A stretch of DNA of 31,020 nucleotides, from positions 1 through 31,020 of the IMG/VR virus record IMGVR_UViG_3300021376_000236; one strand, given 5' to 3'. The position numbers were made by a program, and so were the translations under genes. Source of the stretch: a virus. Taxonomy: Duplodnaviria > Caudoviricetes. Positions within the stretch are counted from its first letter, which is position 1; every line of letters begins with the position of its first letter. Below are positions 18,625-27,244 of the stretch, one piece after another. The notes under the pieces were generated by a model, which worked only from the letters and a program-made list of their open reading frames with translations, was not told the DNA's origin and did not search any database.

Positions 18625-19344
18625 CTATGCGAAAAAACTTGAGAGTCCCTCCAATATAATCTCATTTTCTACACCAGTATTTGGATTCTTTACATGAATA
18701 GTATGAGAGAGTTTTGGCATCGTTTCAAAAAACTTCTCAATTTGTTTGAACTGGCTTGAGTTCATCTGTTCGAGAAATTCTTCAAGTTCCTTTTTAGTAA
18801 CATCCGAAGAGCTCCAAACTTCCTCTTCATTATAAATTTTATCAATACAAGAAGCAATCAAGTCAAATGATTGATCCATTGCATTATCAGTATTAAAATC
18901 AAAATTACTCTTGATAAACTGATCTAATGATGGATATTTCATTTCCATCACCAAAGAATCATCTAGTTTAATTTTATTACTATGATCTGGATTTTTTATT
19001 ACTTGAATGTCATCTAAAAGAATTTTAACAGGAACAGTAGTAACTCCATCGTCTTGACAAATAATATTTAATTCAACTTCTTCTCCAACTGATTTACATC
19101 TAATATTGAGGAAAAGATATTCAATATCAAAAGTGGGAAGTGTTTCTACTTTAATTCCTCTCGTTTCTATACAATTTTTGATAACTGTTTTAATAGCAGT
19201 GGTAATCTGTTTAGGATCTTCAGATTCCATTGCAAGAACTAAAAGCTTTTCTTCTCTTACAAGAAAAGGTCGATACTTGATTGGTTTTCCTGTAGATGGC
19301 AACTCAAGTTCATAAGTTGGCGTCGAAATCTTAGGTAAAGGCAT
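18625..19344 (-). CDS. gp26: Baseplate hub subunit gp26
   Basis: MPLPKISTPTYELELPSTG..IKYRPFLVREEKLL, FDIEYLFLNIR.KSVGE, LEGLSSFF. Confidence 0.92.
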   Translation of the reverse strand: MPLPKISTPTYELELPSTGKPIKYRPFLVREEKLLVLAMESEDPKQITTAIKTVIKNCIETRGIKVETLPTFDIEYLFLNIRCKSVGEEVELNIICQDDGVTTVPVKILLDDIQVIKNPDHSNKIKLDDSLVMEMKYPSLDQFIKSNFDFNTDNAMDQSFDLIASCIDKIYNEEEVWSSSDVTKKELEEFLEQMNSSQFKQIEKFFETMPKLSHTIHVKNPNTGVENEIILEGLSSFFA

Positions 19345-19371
19345 AATATCCTATAGTGTTTTCAGTACGAT

Positions 19372-19379
19372 TATTTATT
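19372..19379 (-). promoter_or_regulatory. T4-type late promoter (AATAAATA)
   Basis: Intergenic, about 28 nt upstream of gp26. Confidence 0.65.
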
Positions 19380-19381
19380 GT

Positions 19382-20155
19382 CTAAAATAAAGCCCCAGAT
19401 CCAGCTGACTTATTATACAATGGATTTTCAATTACAGTTTGTCCGATTTTACTATTTTCATCCAATCCTATTTGAGGATCTCCATAAGTTGGAGGAATCT
19501 CTGAAGGAAATGCTGGGTTTGGTACACCATTAGGTGTTGATGGTTTTGGTTCAGTTTCAATCGATTGTTGTCCAGTAGTAAAAATATATCGATCATAGTT
19601 AAATGAAACTCGACATCTCAAGATATCAGAATTTTGATAGGAGACTGGCATCGAACTCATCGCAATTGGATATGCATTAATAAATTTATACTCTAATAAA
19701 TCTCCTTTGAAGTCTCTTTCAAATTTTGTAAGATAAATTACTTTTTTATATTCATTAGGATACTTTACTCTGTAAAAAAATCCACCAAGATCTTCCTGAG
19801 TATCATTTGTAATATATCTTATCCAGGATTCAAAAAATAAAATTATTTTATATCCTTGAGAATCTCTATGATCAACATAAAAATTTAAATCAATTGTCTG
19901 ATCATAAGCTTTTCTGTAAGCAAATCTCTCAGTAATACCAGTAAAATCATCCGTAACTTCATTGGTAAACAAAGAAGATCCTGGTAGGGCAGTTTCATAA
20001 CAAGATAATGAAAGCAATTCTGTATCATGAAATTGATCTATTTCACCAATACCTGTTGGGGGAATATTACATTGAAACGTTGAAGTTAAAGCAGGTCGAA
20101 GTAACTTTTCCTTTACCTGAAACATCTTTACAGGTTGTGGCTTTGGAGCAGGCAT
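19382..20155 (-). CDS. gp54: Tail tube initiator / tube-like protein (gp54/gp19-like)
   Basis: LSC.ETALPG.SL.T, ERFAYR..YD..IDL.FYVD, FFESW, Y.FINAYP....SMPVSY, V.FNYDRY. Confidence 0.7.
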   Translation of the reverse strand: MPAPKPQPVKMFQVKEKLLRPALTSTFQCNIPPTGIGEIDQFHDTELLSLSCYETALPGSSLFTNEVTDDFTGITERFAYRKAYDQTIDLNFYVDHRDSQGYKIILFFESWIRYITNDTQEDLGGFFYRVKYPNEYKKVIYLTKFERDFKGDLLEYKFINAYPIAMSSMPVSYQNSDILRCRVSFNYDRYIFTTGQQSIETEPKPSTPNGVPNPAFPSEIPPTYGDPQIGLDENSKIGQTVIENPLYNKSAGSGALF

Positions 20156-20156
20156 C

Positions 20157-20164
20157 TATAAATA
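20157..20164 (+). promoter_or_regulatory. T4 late promoter (TATAAATA)
   Basis: Perfect T4 late consensus 26 nt upstream of gp4. A variant TATACATA on the minus strand (20183-20190) may drive the divergent gene. Confidence 0.75.
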
Positions 20165-20190
20165 CTATTTGACCCGATATATTATGTATA

Positions 20191-20637
20191 ATGGCAGAAA
20201 GCATAAAGAGTCGTTATAAACCTGAGTATCCAAACAAGTATAAAGGTGATCCCAATAATATTATTTGTCGTAGTAGTTGGGAAAGAAAATTTTGTCGGTG
20301 GTGTGACTTAAGTGAAAGTGTATTGGAATGGGGATCAGAAGAGTTCTTCATTCCATACTTTGATCCAACCACTAGTAGAGTCAGAAGATATTTCCCAGAC
20401 TTTATTATCAAGGTTCGTGAACAGTCTGGTGAAATTAAAAAGTATGTGATTGAAGTAAAACCAAAAAGGCAAACCATGCCTCCTGTTCAAACAAGTAAGA
20501 AGAGAACAAAAACTTATATCAACGAAGTGAAAACTTATGCCATGAATGAAGCTAAGTGGAAAGCAGCTCAAGAATGGTGTAAGGATAGAATGATTGAATT
20601 TAAGATAATTACAGAAGATAATCTAGGTATCAGATAA
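20191..20637 (+). CDS. gp4: Head completion nuclease gp4
   Basis: KYKGDPNNIICRSSWERKF..WCD, WGSEE..IPY, RYFPDF, IEVKP, NEAKWKAA. Confidence 0.92.
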   Translation: MAESIKSRYKPEYPNKYKGDPNNIICRSSWERKFCRWCDLSESVLEWGSEEFFIPYFDPTTSRVRRYFPDFIIKVREQSGEIKKYVIEVKPKRQTMPPVQTSKKRTKTYINEVKTYAMNEAKWKAAQEWCKDRMIEFKIITEDNLGIR

Positions 20638-20981
20638 TGTCAAGAATAGAACTTCTCAAGAAAAAACTAGATGGTTCTGAAGATGCTGACATTATTATGA
20701 TGAACATTCTTGAAATATTCAGAGAAATTGAATATGTTCCAGATCCTGGAAACTACTACACATTCATATACTATCCAAAAACTGAAGGTATTCGATATGA
20801 TGAACATCCTTTAGTTGCCGTAACTGAAATAGAACGATGGGGATTTAGAGGATTTAATTATCATTGGGGAATGATGAGAAACTATACATGGCAAGAAGTT
20901 GTAGGTGCTTGCCATCTTGTCCAACCAGATGAGATCGATTATCTTCGTTCTTTACCTTATGGCAAAATCAGAACTAAATAG
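20637..20981 (+). CDS. gp2: DNA end protector gp2-like protein
   Basis: YYTFIYYPKT..IRYDEHPLV...GFRGFNYHW; adjacent to gp4. Confidence 0.65.
   Translation: MSRIELLKKKLDGSEDADIIMMNILEIFREIEYVPDPGNYYTFIYYPKTEGIRYDEHPLVAVTEIERWGFRGFNYHWGMMRNYTWQEVVGACHLVQPDEIDYLRSLPYGKIRTK
20973..20980 (+). promoter_or_regulatory. Late promoter variant (ACTAAATA)
   Basis: Overlaps the end of the gp2-like gene, upstream of gp48. Confidence 0.55.
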
Positions 20982-20996
20982 ATAAAAAAGTCTATA

Positions 20997-21059
20997 ATGT
21001 CTCATACTCTACAAAAAATTGAGATACTTAATCCTCTTGTAATTGGGGAGGATTTCTAA
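20997..21059 (+). CDS. Possible 20-aa leader mini-ORF coupled to gp48
   Basis: ATG 20997 gives MSHTLQKIEILNPLVIGEDF*. The TAA overlaps the gp48 ATG (TAATG). Confidence 0.3.
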   Translation: MSHTLQKIEILNPLVIGEDF

Positions 21060-22216
21060 TGGCAGAATCTAGACCCTACAGTTTACCTAATACTCAGGGA
21101 AGATATGTTACAGTAACTGTTACTAATCAAAGTGGAGAGGTCTATCGCATAAATGACGATGGAACCAGAACAATTTATGCTGACTACTTTGTAGAAAATG
21201 GAAATACAGTATTAGAAGCATCTGCATTTTCTTCACAAGAATTTCAAAGAAACTTAGCACAAAATTCTCAAGGTTATAATCGCACAATCAGCAATTCTAT
21301 TCTTCAAGCAAACGGACAAACTAACTCTCAACCTGATCCAAATCAACCTGGAGCACCAGGAGGTTCTACACCAACAAATCCAAACACAGAAGAACAACAA
21401 CAATCACAAAGTCAAGATTTAAGATATCCAAAGGATATGACACCTGATCAAGATACTATAGTATTCACAGCTGTTGAATATATCCCTCCAGGTTTAAGCC
21501 CAACAGGAGGTGGAACCGGAAGAGTTGCTGCCGCACGCAATAGTCAAAGATCCACAAAAGGAACAGTAACATTACCAATACAGTCTCAAATTAGCGATAG
21601 TAATGTTGTCGGTTGGGAACAAGGTTCGCTTGATGAAATAACAAGAAAAGCTTTAAATTTTGCCACTAATGTAGTTAAAGGAACAGTAGGAAACTTTGAA
21701 GAAAGTATTTCTAAATCTATAACAGAATTTACAAATAAAACGAGTCAAGACTCTATGCTAGCTCTTTTAGCTGAAAAAGTTATTAATATACCAAATTTAC
21801 AGGGAAGAACTGGGGGAATTTTAAATCCAAATATAGAACTTCTTTTTACAGGGCCTGGACTTAGAGAATTTTCTTTCAACATCAAAATGTCACCAAGGAG
21901 TAAAGAAGAATCCGTCCAAGTAAAGTCTATTATAAAATTCTTTAAACAAAATATGGCGCCAAAACGTCAACAAGATAATTTATTTTTAAAAGCTCCTAAT
22001 ACATTTTTGATAAAATATCAAGGAGCTGGAGAACAGGGATTGAATAAAATAAAAGAATGTGCTTTGTTAGGATGTTATGTTAATTATACTCCTCAAGGAA
22101 CATATATGACGTATGAGGATGGTACAATGGTTTCATATTTTATGCAACTTTCATTCCGAGAAATTGAACCCGTTTATGATGTGGATTACAAAGATAATCA
22201 CCCAATCGGATTCTAA
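21059..22216 (+). CDS. gp48: Baseplate tail tube cap gp48
   Basis: LRYP, LPIQSQISDSN.V.W, NPNIELLFTGP.LREFSF..KMSPRS.EE, IIKFFK..MAP, PNTFLIKY, L.F.EIEP. Confidence 0.88.
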   Translation: MAESRPYSLPNTQGRYVTVTVTNQSGEVYRINDDGTRTIYADYFVENGNTVLEASAFSSQEFQRNLAQNSQGYNRTISNSILQANGQTNSQPDPNQPGAPGGSTPTNPNTEEQQQSQSQDLRYPKDMTPDQDTIVFTAVEYIPPGLSPTGGGTGRVAAARNSQRSTKGTVTLPIQSQISDSNVVGWEQGSLDEITRKALNFATNVVKGTVGNFEESISKSITEFTNKTSQDSMLALLAEKVINIPNLQGRTGGILNPNIELLFTGPGLREFSFNIKMSPRSKEESVQVKSIIKFFKQNMAPKRQQDNLFLKAPNTFLIKYQGAGEQGLNKIKECALLGCYVNYTPQGTYMTYEDGTMVSYFMQLSFREIEPVYDVDYKDNHPIGF

Positions 22217-22218
22217 AA

Positions 22219-23241
22219 ATGACAAGACCTTACTTCAGACAAGTTCCTAACTTTGAATACGTCAGCAGAGTTTCTGGGGAACAAAATATTTCGGATTACA
22301 TTGAGGTAAAGAATCTTTTCAAAAAAGGAAAGTTAAGGGAAGATATCTTTGAAAATCTTAACTTCTTCACCAAGTATAAGATCATCGGTGATGAAAGACC
22401 AGATAATGTAGCTTATAAACTTTATAACGATTCAACTCTTGATTGGGTAGTTCTTCTTTCCAACAACATTCTGAATATCCAATCAGAATGGCCTATGACA
22501 CAAGGAACATTTGATGAAGTAATGCTTCAAAAATATGGATCATATGAAAATCTTTACTCTGGTATCCATCATTATGAAACCGAAGAAGTCAGAGATTCTA
22601 TTGGTAGAATAGTTCTGAGAAGTGGACTCAGAATTTCTCCTACTTGGAAAACAAATGGAAACTTTGTAGAGATTGTAAATTCTCAAATCGCTGTTATCTC
22701 CTCAGGAGACTCTGTAAATCCTTCAAGAACCGTGACTGTTTATCTTGTTAATGGTATTCCTGGATTGGAAATTGGTAATGAAGTTGCAATCAATAATGTA
22801 ACAGAGAATGTGTATAATGGAAGACACGTTGTAACAGAAATACTTGCCCAAAGTGGAAATGTTGTAACTGGTTTTAGATATGAACTTCCTGTTGTTCCCA
22901 ATATTGCATCACCAACGTTATCAGATCCTAGAAAAGAAGAGGCACTATTCTTAGTTTCAGAAACTTCTACGGTTACAGCAAACTCTTATTACTATGAGTA
23001 TTGGGATGATGGTCTTGGATACTCGGTGTATGTTCCTTCAACTTCATTTGTAACCAGTGTCACTAACCACGAATATGAACTTCAAATAGAAGAAAATAAA
23101 AGAAATATATTTACTCTTAAACCACAGTATTTAAATGTAATCTTTAATGATCTTGATGATATTATGCCATATAAAAAAGGTGGCAGTCAGTATGTGAATG
23201 CCACCTTAAAGAGAGGAGAAAATATTAGACTGTTTGAGTAA
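22219..23241 (+). CDS. gp53: Baseplate wedge subunit gp53 with inserted beta domain
   Basis: YFRQVPNFEY, KNLF, DERPDNVAYKLY, DWVVLLSNNI, WP, HHYET, VTN.EYE...EENKRNI..LKPQYL. Confidence 0.88.
   Translation: MTRPYFRQVPNFEYVSRVSGEQNISDYIEVKNLFKKGKLREDIFENLNFFTKYKIIGDERPDNVAYKLYNDSTLDWVVLLSNNILNIQSEWPMTQGTFDEVMLQKYGSYENLYSGIHHYETEEVRDSIGRIVLRSGLRISPTWKTNGNFVEIVNSQIAVISSGDSVNPSRTVTVYLVNGIPGLEIGNEVAINNVTENVYNGRHVVTEILAQSGNVVTGFRYELPVVPNIASPTLSDPRKEEALFLVSETSTVTANSYYYEYWDDGLGYSVYVPSTSFVTSVTNHEYELQIEENKRNIFTLKPQYLNVIFNDLDDIMPYKKGGSQYVNATLKRGENIRLFE
23173..23207 (-). terminator. Terminator for gp32 embedded in the 3' end of gp53
   Basis: Minus strand AAGGTGGCA-TTCACATACTGAC-TGCCACCTT-TTTT, about 35 nt after the gp32 stop. 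Confidence 0.6.
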
Positions 23242-24177
23242 TCAGTCTTCTGCCAACCTCTGGAAATAACTCAATGCATCATCTTCATCCTCATCAGAAG
23301 TTTCAATCTTGGGAAGTGAAGGAGACTTGCTGCGAGCAAAAGATTGCTCCAGTTCAGCAATCACACTCTCTTCCTTAGAAGGAGTTTGAGTGTAAGACTC
23401 ATACTCATCTTCCTGCTCTTGAACAGCAGCACGAGCAGACTTCTGACCCAGAACATACTTCAGACGCTTCTCAAGATCCTCATAGGACTTGAACTGATCA
23501 GGAGCAACGATAGCAGAGAGAGAATACTCTTTCTTCCACAATGCTTCCAGTGCATCGTCATCGTCCAACAGTGCTGAGGGAGAATCAAACTCGGACTTAT
23601 CATAGTTCCAATAACCTTCAACCTTACGGATCTTCAGACGGAAGTTTGCTCCACCCCAGAAATCAAAAGGATTGATAGGTTCTTCATCTTCAAATTCGGG
23701 TTGCATCGCATTCAGGATCTTATCAAAGATCTTCTTACCGAACTTGAACAGGAAGACTTTACCTTCATTCTCAGGGTGAGCAGGATCCTTTACAACGTAG
23801 ATGTTTGCAAAGTACGACAGTTTACGCTTTTGCTTACGGACAGTTTCCTTATCCTTCTCACTACCACTGTTCCAGAGTTCACGATTGTGTTCAGACACAG
23901 GATCCTTCTGACCAATAGTAGTCAGAGAGTTCTCAATGTACCAACCACCGTTACCTTGGAAGGCATGTGCATACATCTTAACCCAGGGGAGTTCTTCACC
24001 TTCGGGTGCAGGAAGGAAACGGATAATGGCAGAACCAACACCAGTCTTATCCATTTCTGGTTTCCAGAAACGTTCATCAGCACCACCAGAACCAGTGTTC
24101 ATTTTTTCTACTTCCTTCACCAGTTTCTCAGTGAGAGAACCAAGTTTGGATTGTTTTTTTAGATTTTCAAAAGACAT
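23242..24177 (-). CDS. gp32: Single-stranded DNA-binding protein gp32
   Basis: DERFWKP, AIIRFLPAP, HAFQG.GGWYIENSLTT, KRKLSY..NIYVVKDP, FGKKIFDKI, NYDKSEF, acidic tail. Confidence 0.96.
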   Translation of the reverse strand: MSFENLKKQSKLGSLTEKLVKEVEKMNTGSGGADERFWKPEMDKTGVGSAIIRFLPAPEGEELPWVKMYAHAFQGNGGWYIENSLTTIGQKDPVSEHNRELWNSGSEKDKETVRKQKRKLSYFANIYVVKDPAHPENEGKVFLFKFGKKIFDKILNAMQPEFEDEEPINPFDFWGGANFRLKIRKVEGYWNYDKSEFDSPSALLDDDDALEALWKKEYSLSAIVAPDQFKSYEDLEKRLKYVLGQKSARAAVQEQEDEYESYTQTPSKEESVIAELEQSFARSKSPSLPKIETSDEDEDDALSYFQRLAED

Positions 24178-24222
24178 TTGTATACCTCGGATTGTTTGGA
24201 TTTGGCCTTTGTGTACCCCATC

Positions 24223-24251
24223 AGTCTACAGGTCGGAACCTGTCTTGTCAA
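24223..24251 (-). promoter_or_regulatory. Sigma70-type promoter of gp32
   Basis: TTGACA (24251-24246), 17 nt spacer, TAGACT (24228-24223). Confidence 0.7.
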
Positions 24252-24570
24252 TACGTTCCTTCATGGTCTCCAGCAGTTGTGTCATGTTGTTAAAAATGAC
24301 ATTCATATCAACATGAGGAGGGAGACCCATCATCTGAGCAGACTCTTTGATTCTTTCTTTCATCTTAATTGCCTCAGGATCATCAGAAAGTTTCAAACGA
24401 GTATAAAGAATCTGTTGTTTGTTTAACAGTTTTTCCAGAAGAGAAACATGAAACAACTTTTCCTCTTTATTCATACGAGGAAATTCAAATACATTTCTGT
24501 ATACATCTTCTTGTAATGTTGAGATTTCGGCCATCTCAGCACGAACAAGATCTGAATCAAAAAAACTCAT
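24226..24570 (-). CDS. DUF1825-family cyanobacterial/cyanophage protein
   Basis: MSFFDSDLVRAEM...KQQILYTRLKLSDDPEA..MK; sits between gp59 and gp32. Confidence 0.8.
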   Translation of the reverse strand: MSFFDSDLVRAEMAEISTLQEDVYRNVFEFPRMNKEEKLFHVSLLEKLLNKQQILYTRLKLSDDPEAIKMKERIKESAQMMGLPPHVDMNVIFNNMTQLLETMKERIDKTGSDL

Positions 24571-25157
24571 GTTCCTCCAACAATCTGCTTGAGTATTTTC
24601 TTATAATGGAATACATCTATATGTAGGAACGGAGAATATTTTTTCATTTTTAAACTTACGGTTTCCCACACAGGATCTTTTAGTTTGTTATCAAAATCTT
24701 TCCCGAACAGGAATATTCTATCATAGATGACTAGTGTTTCTATACTAATTTTCCCGACCAGGAACATCTTTAAAAGGGGCGGATGACCCTTAGAACAGTC
24801 AAAAACTTCTTCAAATTTATCTTCAAATAATTGTTCAGATTCTTCTTTAAACAAGTAGGATAAAGATTGTATTCTTTTTTGCCAGGACTTATATCGTGAT
24901 TCTCCTTCTTTAATCATATCTCCAATCCAAGCATTTTGAGGATCAGTACAACTTACAAAGTTTGCTACGAAAAAATCTATCACTTCTTTGTCTTCTTTCT
25001 GACGTGATAGTTTTTCAAACCAATAACGATCCTTCCTCTTGTAAAAGGACTGAAGAGATGCTCGACTTTTACCTTGATACTTGTGATAATCGTAAGAGTC
25101 TTTCGTAAAGTGACTCTTCAGGGCAAGGTAAGTCTTATAAGTATCAAAAGGCACCAT
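24567..25157 (-). CDS. gp59: Helicase loader gp59
   Basis: YLALKSHFT...YDYHKYQGK, F.KRKDRYWFEKLSR, FFVANF, ISIETLVI.D. Confidence 0.9.
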   Translation of the reverse strand: MVPFDTYKTYLALKSHFTKDSYDYHKYQGKSRASLQSFYKRKDRYWFEKLSRQKEDKEVIDFFVANFVSCTDPQNAWIGDMIKEGESRYKSWQKRIQSLSYLFKEESEQLFEDKFEEVFDCSKGHPPLLKMFLVGKISIETLVIYDRIFLFGKDFDNKLKDPVWETVSLKMKKYSPFLHIDVFHYKKILKQIVGGT

Positions 25158-25213
25158 TCAAAAAAAGTAATATAGGGATTTTTACCGGGAAAATTTTTCC
25201 CCCTAAAATGGAA

Positions 25214-25471
25214 TTAAAAGACCAATCTGGCACGGGAGGTCTTCTTAAGGAAGTTCAACTCCATAGCCTCATACTTAATCTTTTCTTTTAGTGGTTTGGA
25301 AATAAGTTTCGGAACAGACTCAACATCGATACTATTCTTCTCACAAAAGTGAACGATAGCATCAATATAACTCATATCCTCATTATGTTGTACAAGATTC
25401 TCGATCTCTTGGGCAAATCGAGAAGGACAGAAAAACTTATTCTCTAATGCTTTTTCTAATTCATTCTCCAT
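25214..25471 (-). CDS. gp33: Late promoter transcription coactivator gp33
   Basis: FAQEIE.LV...MSYIDAIVHFCEKNSIDVESVPKLISKPLKEKIKYEA.ELNFL. Start taken at MENEL. Confidence 0.88.
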   Translation of the reverse strand: MENELEKALENKFFCPSRFAQEIENLVQHNEDMSYIDAIVHFCEKNSIDVESVPKLISKPLKEKIKYEAMELNFLKKTSRARLVF

Positions 25472-25517
25472 TTGACCTAACACAGTGATGTACAATCTTT
25501 TTCCTCAACTTTTGTTC

Positions 25518-25545
25518 ATTCTAACACATAAAACTATAAAGTCAA
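25518..25545 (-). promoter_or_regulatory. Possible sigma70-type promoter for gp33-gp59
   Basis: TTGACT, 16 nt spacer, TAGAAT. Confidence 0.5.
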
Positions 25546-26216
25546 GAAACCTGTTCGAGTTTATCGTTAACAAATTTCTTGATGTATTGTGTAAGCAGTC
25601 TGATGTATTTTGTTTTGTCGTATTCTTCGTAGACTTCTACTTCTCCATTCTCACAGGTCATGATAATCACAAACTTCTTTACAGACAGTCCTGTAAGTTC
25701 ATGAAGCATACATGCATATGCACAACACTGAACGAAGTATCCATCAATCCAATCCCTAGGTTTTGGTTGTTTGGAAGTTTTAAAATCGATGATTGATAGT
25801 TCTCCATCAAACTCAGCAATACAGTCTACAGTACCAGCAACACCTAAGTATTGACTATAAAGAGAACCTTCAAGGGTATAGATGTTATTTATACGATTGA
25901 GAGTGGGTTTGGCAATCTTAAAGAGATGTTCTGAAATAGGTTGAACATCGGATAAATTCCGATTATGTAAGTAATCCTCAACAAGTGTATGAAGATCTGT
26001 TCCACGACTCGTTGCCTTTCGAGTAATTTTATCTGCCTCTTCATTTCCAACTCTCTGTCTCCAAGAGGCAAACTTTTCTTTATTAAAATGACTAATTACC
26101 GAGGTGATAGAAACAAACTTTTGTAGTTCATCTTTATCACCTACTTTATAATAACGAACTCCATCAATCATTTCCCTCTCAAGAGAGGGAAGATTCAATT
26201 CAACATGATTAAACAT
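25542..26216 (-). CDS. PD-(D/E)XK exonuclease
   Basis: SITSVI, RGT.LH..VE.YL, AGTVDCIAE.DG.LSIIDFKTS, YFVQ..AYA. Confidence 0.85.
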   Translation of the reverse strand: MFNHVELNLPSLEREMIDGVRYYKVGDKDELQKFVSITSVISHFNKEKFASWRQRVGNEEADKITRKATSRGTDLHTLVEDYLHNRNLSDVQPISEHLFKIAKPTLNRINNIYTLEGSLYSQYLGVAGTVDCIAEFDGELSIIDFKTSKQPKPRDWIDGYFVQCCAYACMLHELTGLSVKKFVIIMTCENGEVEVYEEYDKTKYIRLLTQYIKKFVNDKLEQVS

Positions 26217-26965
26217 CAGAGATTCAATTCCATTTTAGCAACAAGATATTCCTTACACAAACCTGAACGAACAATATCCTCTATACCAAACTCAATCATG
26301 GACATCGAAGGCATCACTCTCAGAATTCTCATGAAGTCAACAATACCATTACGTTCGTTTGTTTTCACAAGGTCAGACTGAGTGGCATCACCACAGAACA
26401 TAATCTTAGAGTTCTCACCGACACGAGTGATAATACTATCAAGTTCGTGAAAGTTCAAGTTCTGGAATTCGTCTACGATAATGATAGCATTATCCAGAGT
26501 AGTTCCCCGAATAAAAGAAGTACTCCAAAAACTAATCGTGCCTTGAGTTTTAAGATTTCCATAAAGCATTTCAAATGCGGAATCGTCTGGCATTTCGAAC
26601 ATGTACTTTACCATGTTCTTATAAGGAATCTGGTAAAGACTTGATTTGTCCTCATGATCTCCAGGTAAGAATCCAATCTCACGAGTAGCTACAAGAGAAC
26701 GGACAAGATAGATTTTCTCATAAGGAGTCTTCTCATCAAGAACATCACGTAGAGCATTATAGAGTGTGATGAACGTCTTACCAGTACCAGCAGCACCGTA
26801 AGCTACAACATTCTGATCAAGTTTATATTGTTTGAAGAGTGTCTCTTGATTGTCTGTCAGAGGCTCAATCGTCTTCATTATATCAAGATTAATTGGCTTC
26901 TTACGTTTCATCTGTCTATTGCTCATTCCAAATGGTACAGGATTCGGTGCTCTTTTACGTGCCAT
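26216..26965 (-). CDS. phoH: PhoH-family ATPase
   Basis: Walker A GAAGTGKT, REIGFLPG, FIRGTT, IIVDEFQN, TRVGENSK..FCGD..QSDL, DIVRSGL. Confidence 0.95.
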   Translation of the reverse strand: MARKRAPNPVPFGMSNRQMKRKKPINLDIMKTIEPLTDNQETLFKQYKLDQNVVAYGAAGTGKTFITLYNALRDVLDEKTPYEKIYLVRSLVATREIGFLPGDHEDKSSLYQIPYKNMVKYMFEMPDDSAFEMLYGNLKTQGTISFWSTSFIRGTTLDNAIIIVDEFQNLNFHELDSIITRVGENSKIMFCGDATQSDLVKTNERNGIVDFMRILRVMPSMSMIEFGIEDIVRSGLCKEYLVAKMELNL

Positions 26966-26968
26966 GAA

Positions 26969-27214
26969 TCAACTAAATGGTTTTACTGTTGCACCAGGCA
27001 TTTTTGAAGCTTTACGAAGAACTTCATTCCATCCTGGATTTTTCTTGACAAGCTTTTCTTGCCATTCACCTACCTCACCAACTCCAGCACATCCTTGAGA
27101 CCAATCTTTGTCCCAATCTGGATTATCTTTTCTCCACTGCTCATAGACAGCAACTGTCATGACAAGTTCTTGAGTCTCACCTGTCTTTAAATTTTTAACT
27201 GGATATACTGGCAT
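26969..27214 (-). CDS. FmdB-like small regulatory protein (81 aa)
   Basis: MPVYPVKNLKTGETQE...GWNEVLRKASKMPGA. Start moved to ATG 27214 because the track start overlaps thyX. Confidence 0.7.
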   Translation of the reverse strand: MPVYPVKNLKTGETQELVMTVAVYEQWRKDNPDWDKDWSQGCAGVGEVGEWQEKLVKKNPGWNEVLRKASKMPGATVKPFS

Positions 27215-27236
27215 AGTTAAGAATAATGTATAGGGA

Positions 27237-27244
27237 TATTTATT
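27237..27244 (-). promoter_or_regulatory. Late promoter (AATAAATA) upstream of fmdB-like/phoH
   Basis: Overlaps the thyX stop codon, 23 nt upstream of ATG 27214. Confidence 0.55.

Noticed and set aside
20191-20637. TnsA-like endonuclease suggesting a Tn7 element
   Set aside because: Sequence and synteny (gp2, gp48, gp53) identify T4 gp4 head completion protein. No transposase partners or element ends.
23344-24626. Long plus-strand ORFs antisense to gp32 and DUF1825
   Set aside because: Typical antisense shadows of codon-biased genes, with no recognisable motifs.
25542-26216. Cas4-like nuclease suggesting CRISPR-Cas
   Set aside because: No Fe-S cysteine cluster pattern, no other cas genes and no repeat-spacer array seen. 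It is the usual exonuclease next to phoH.
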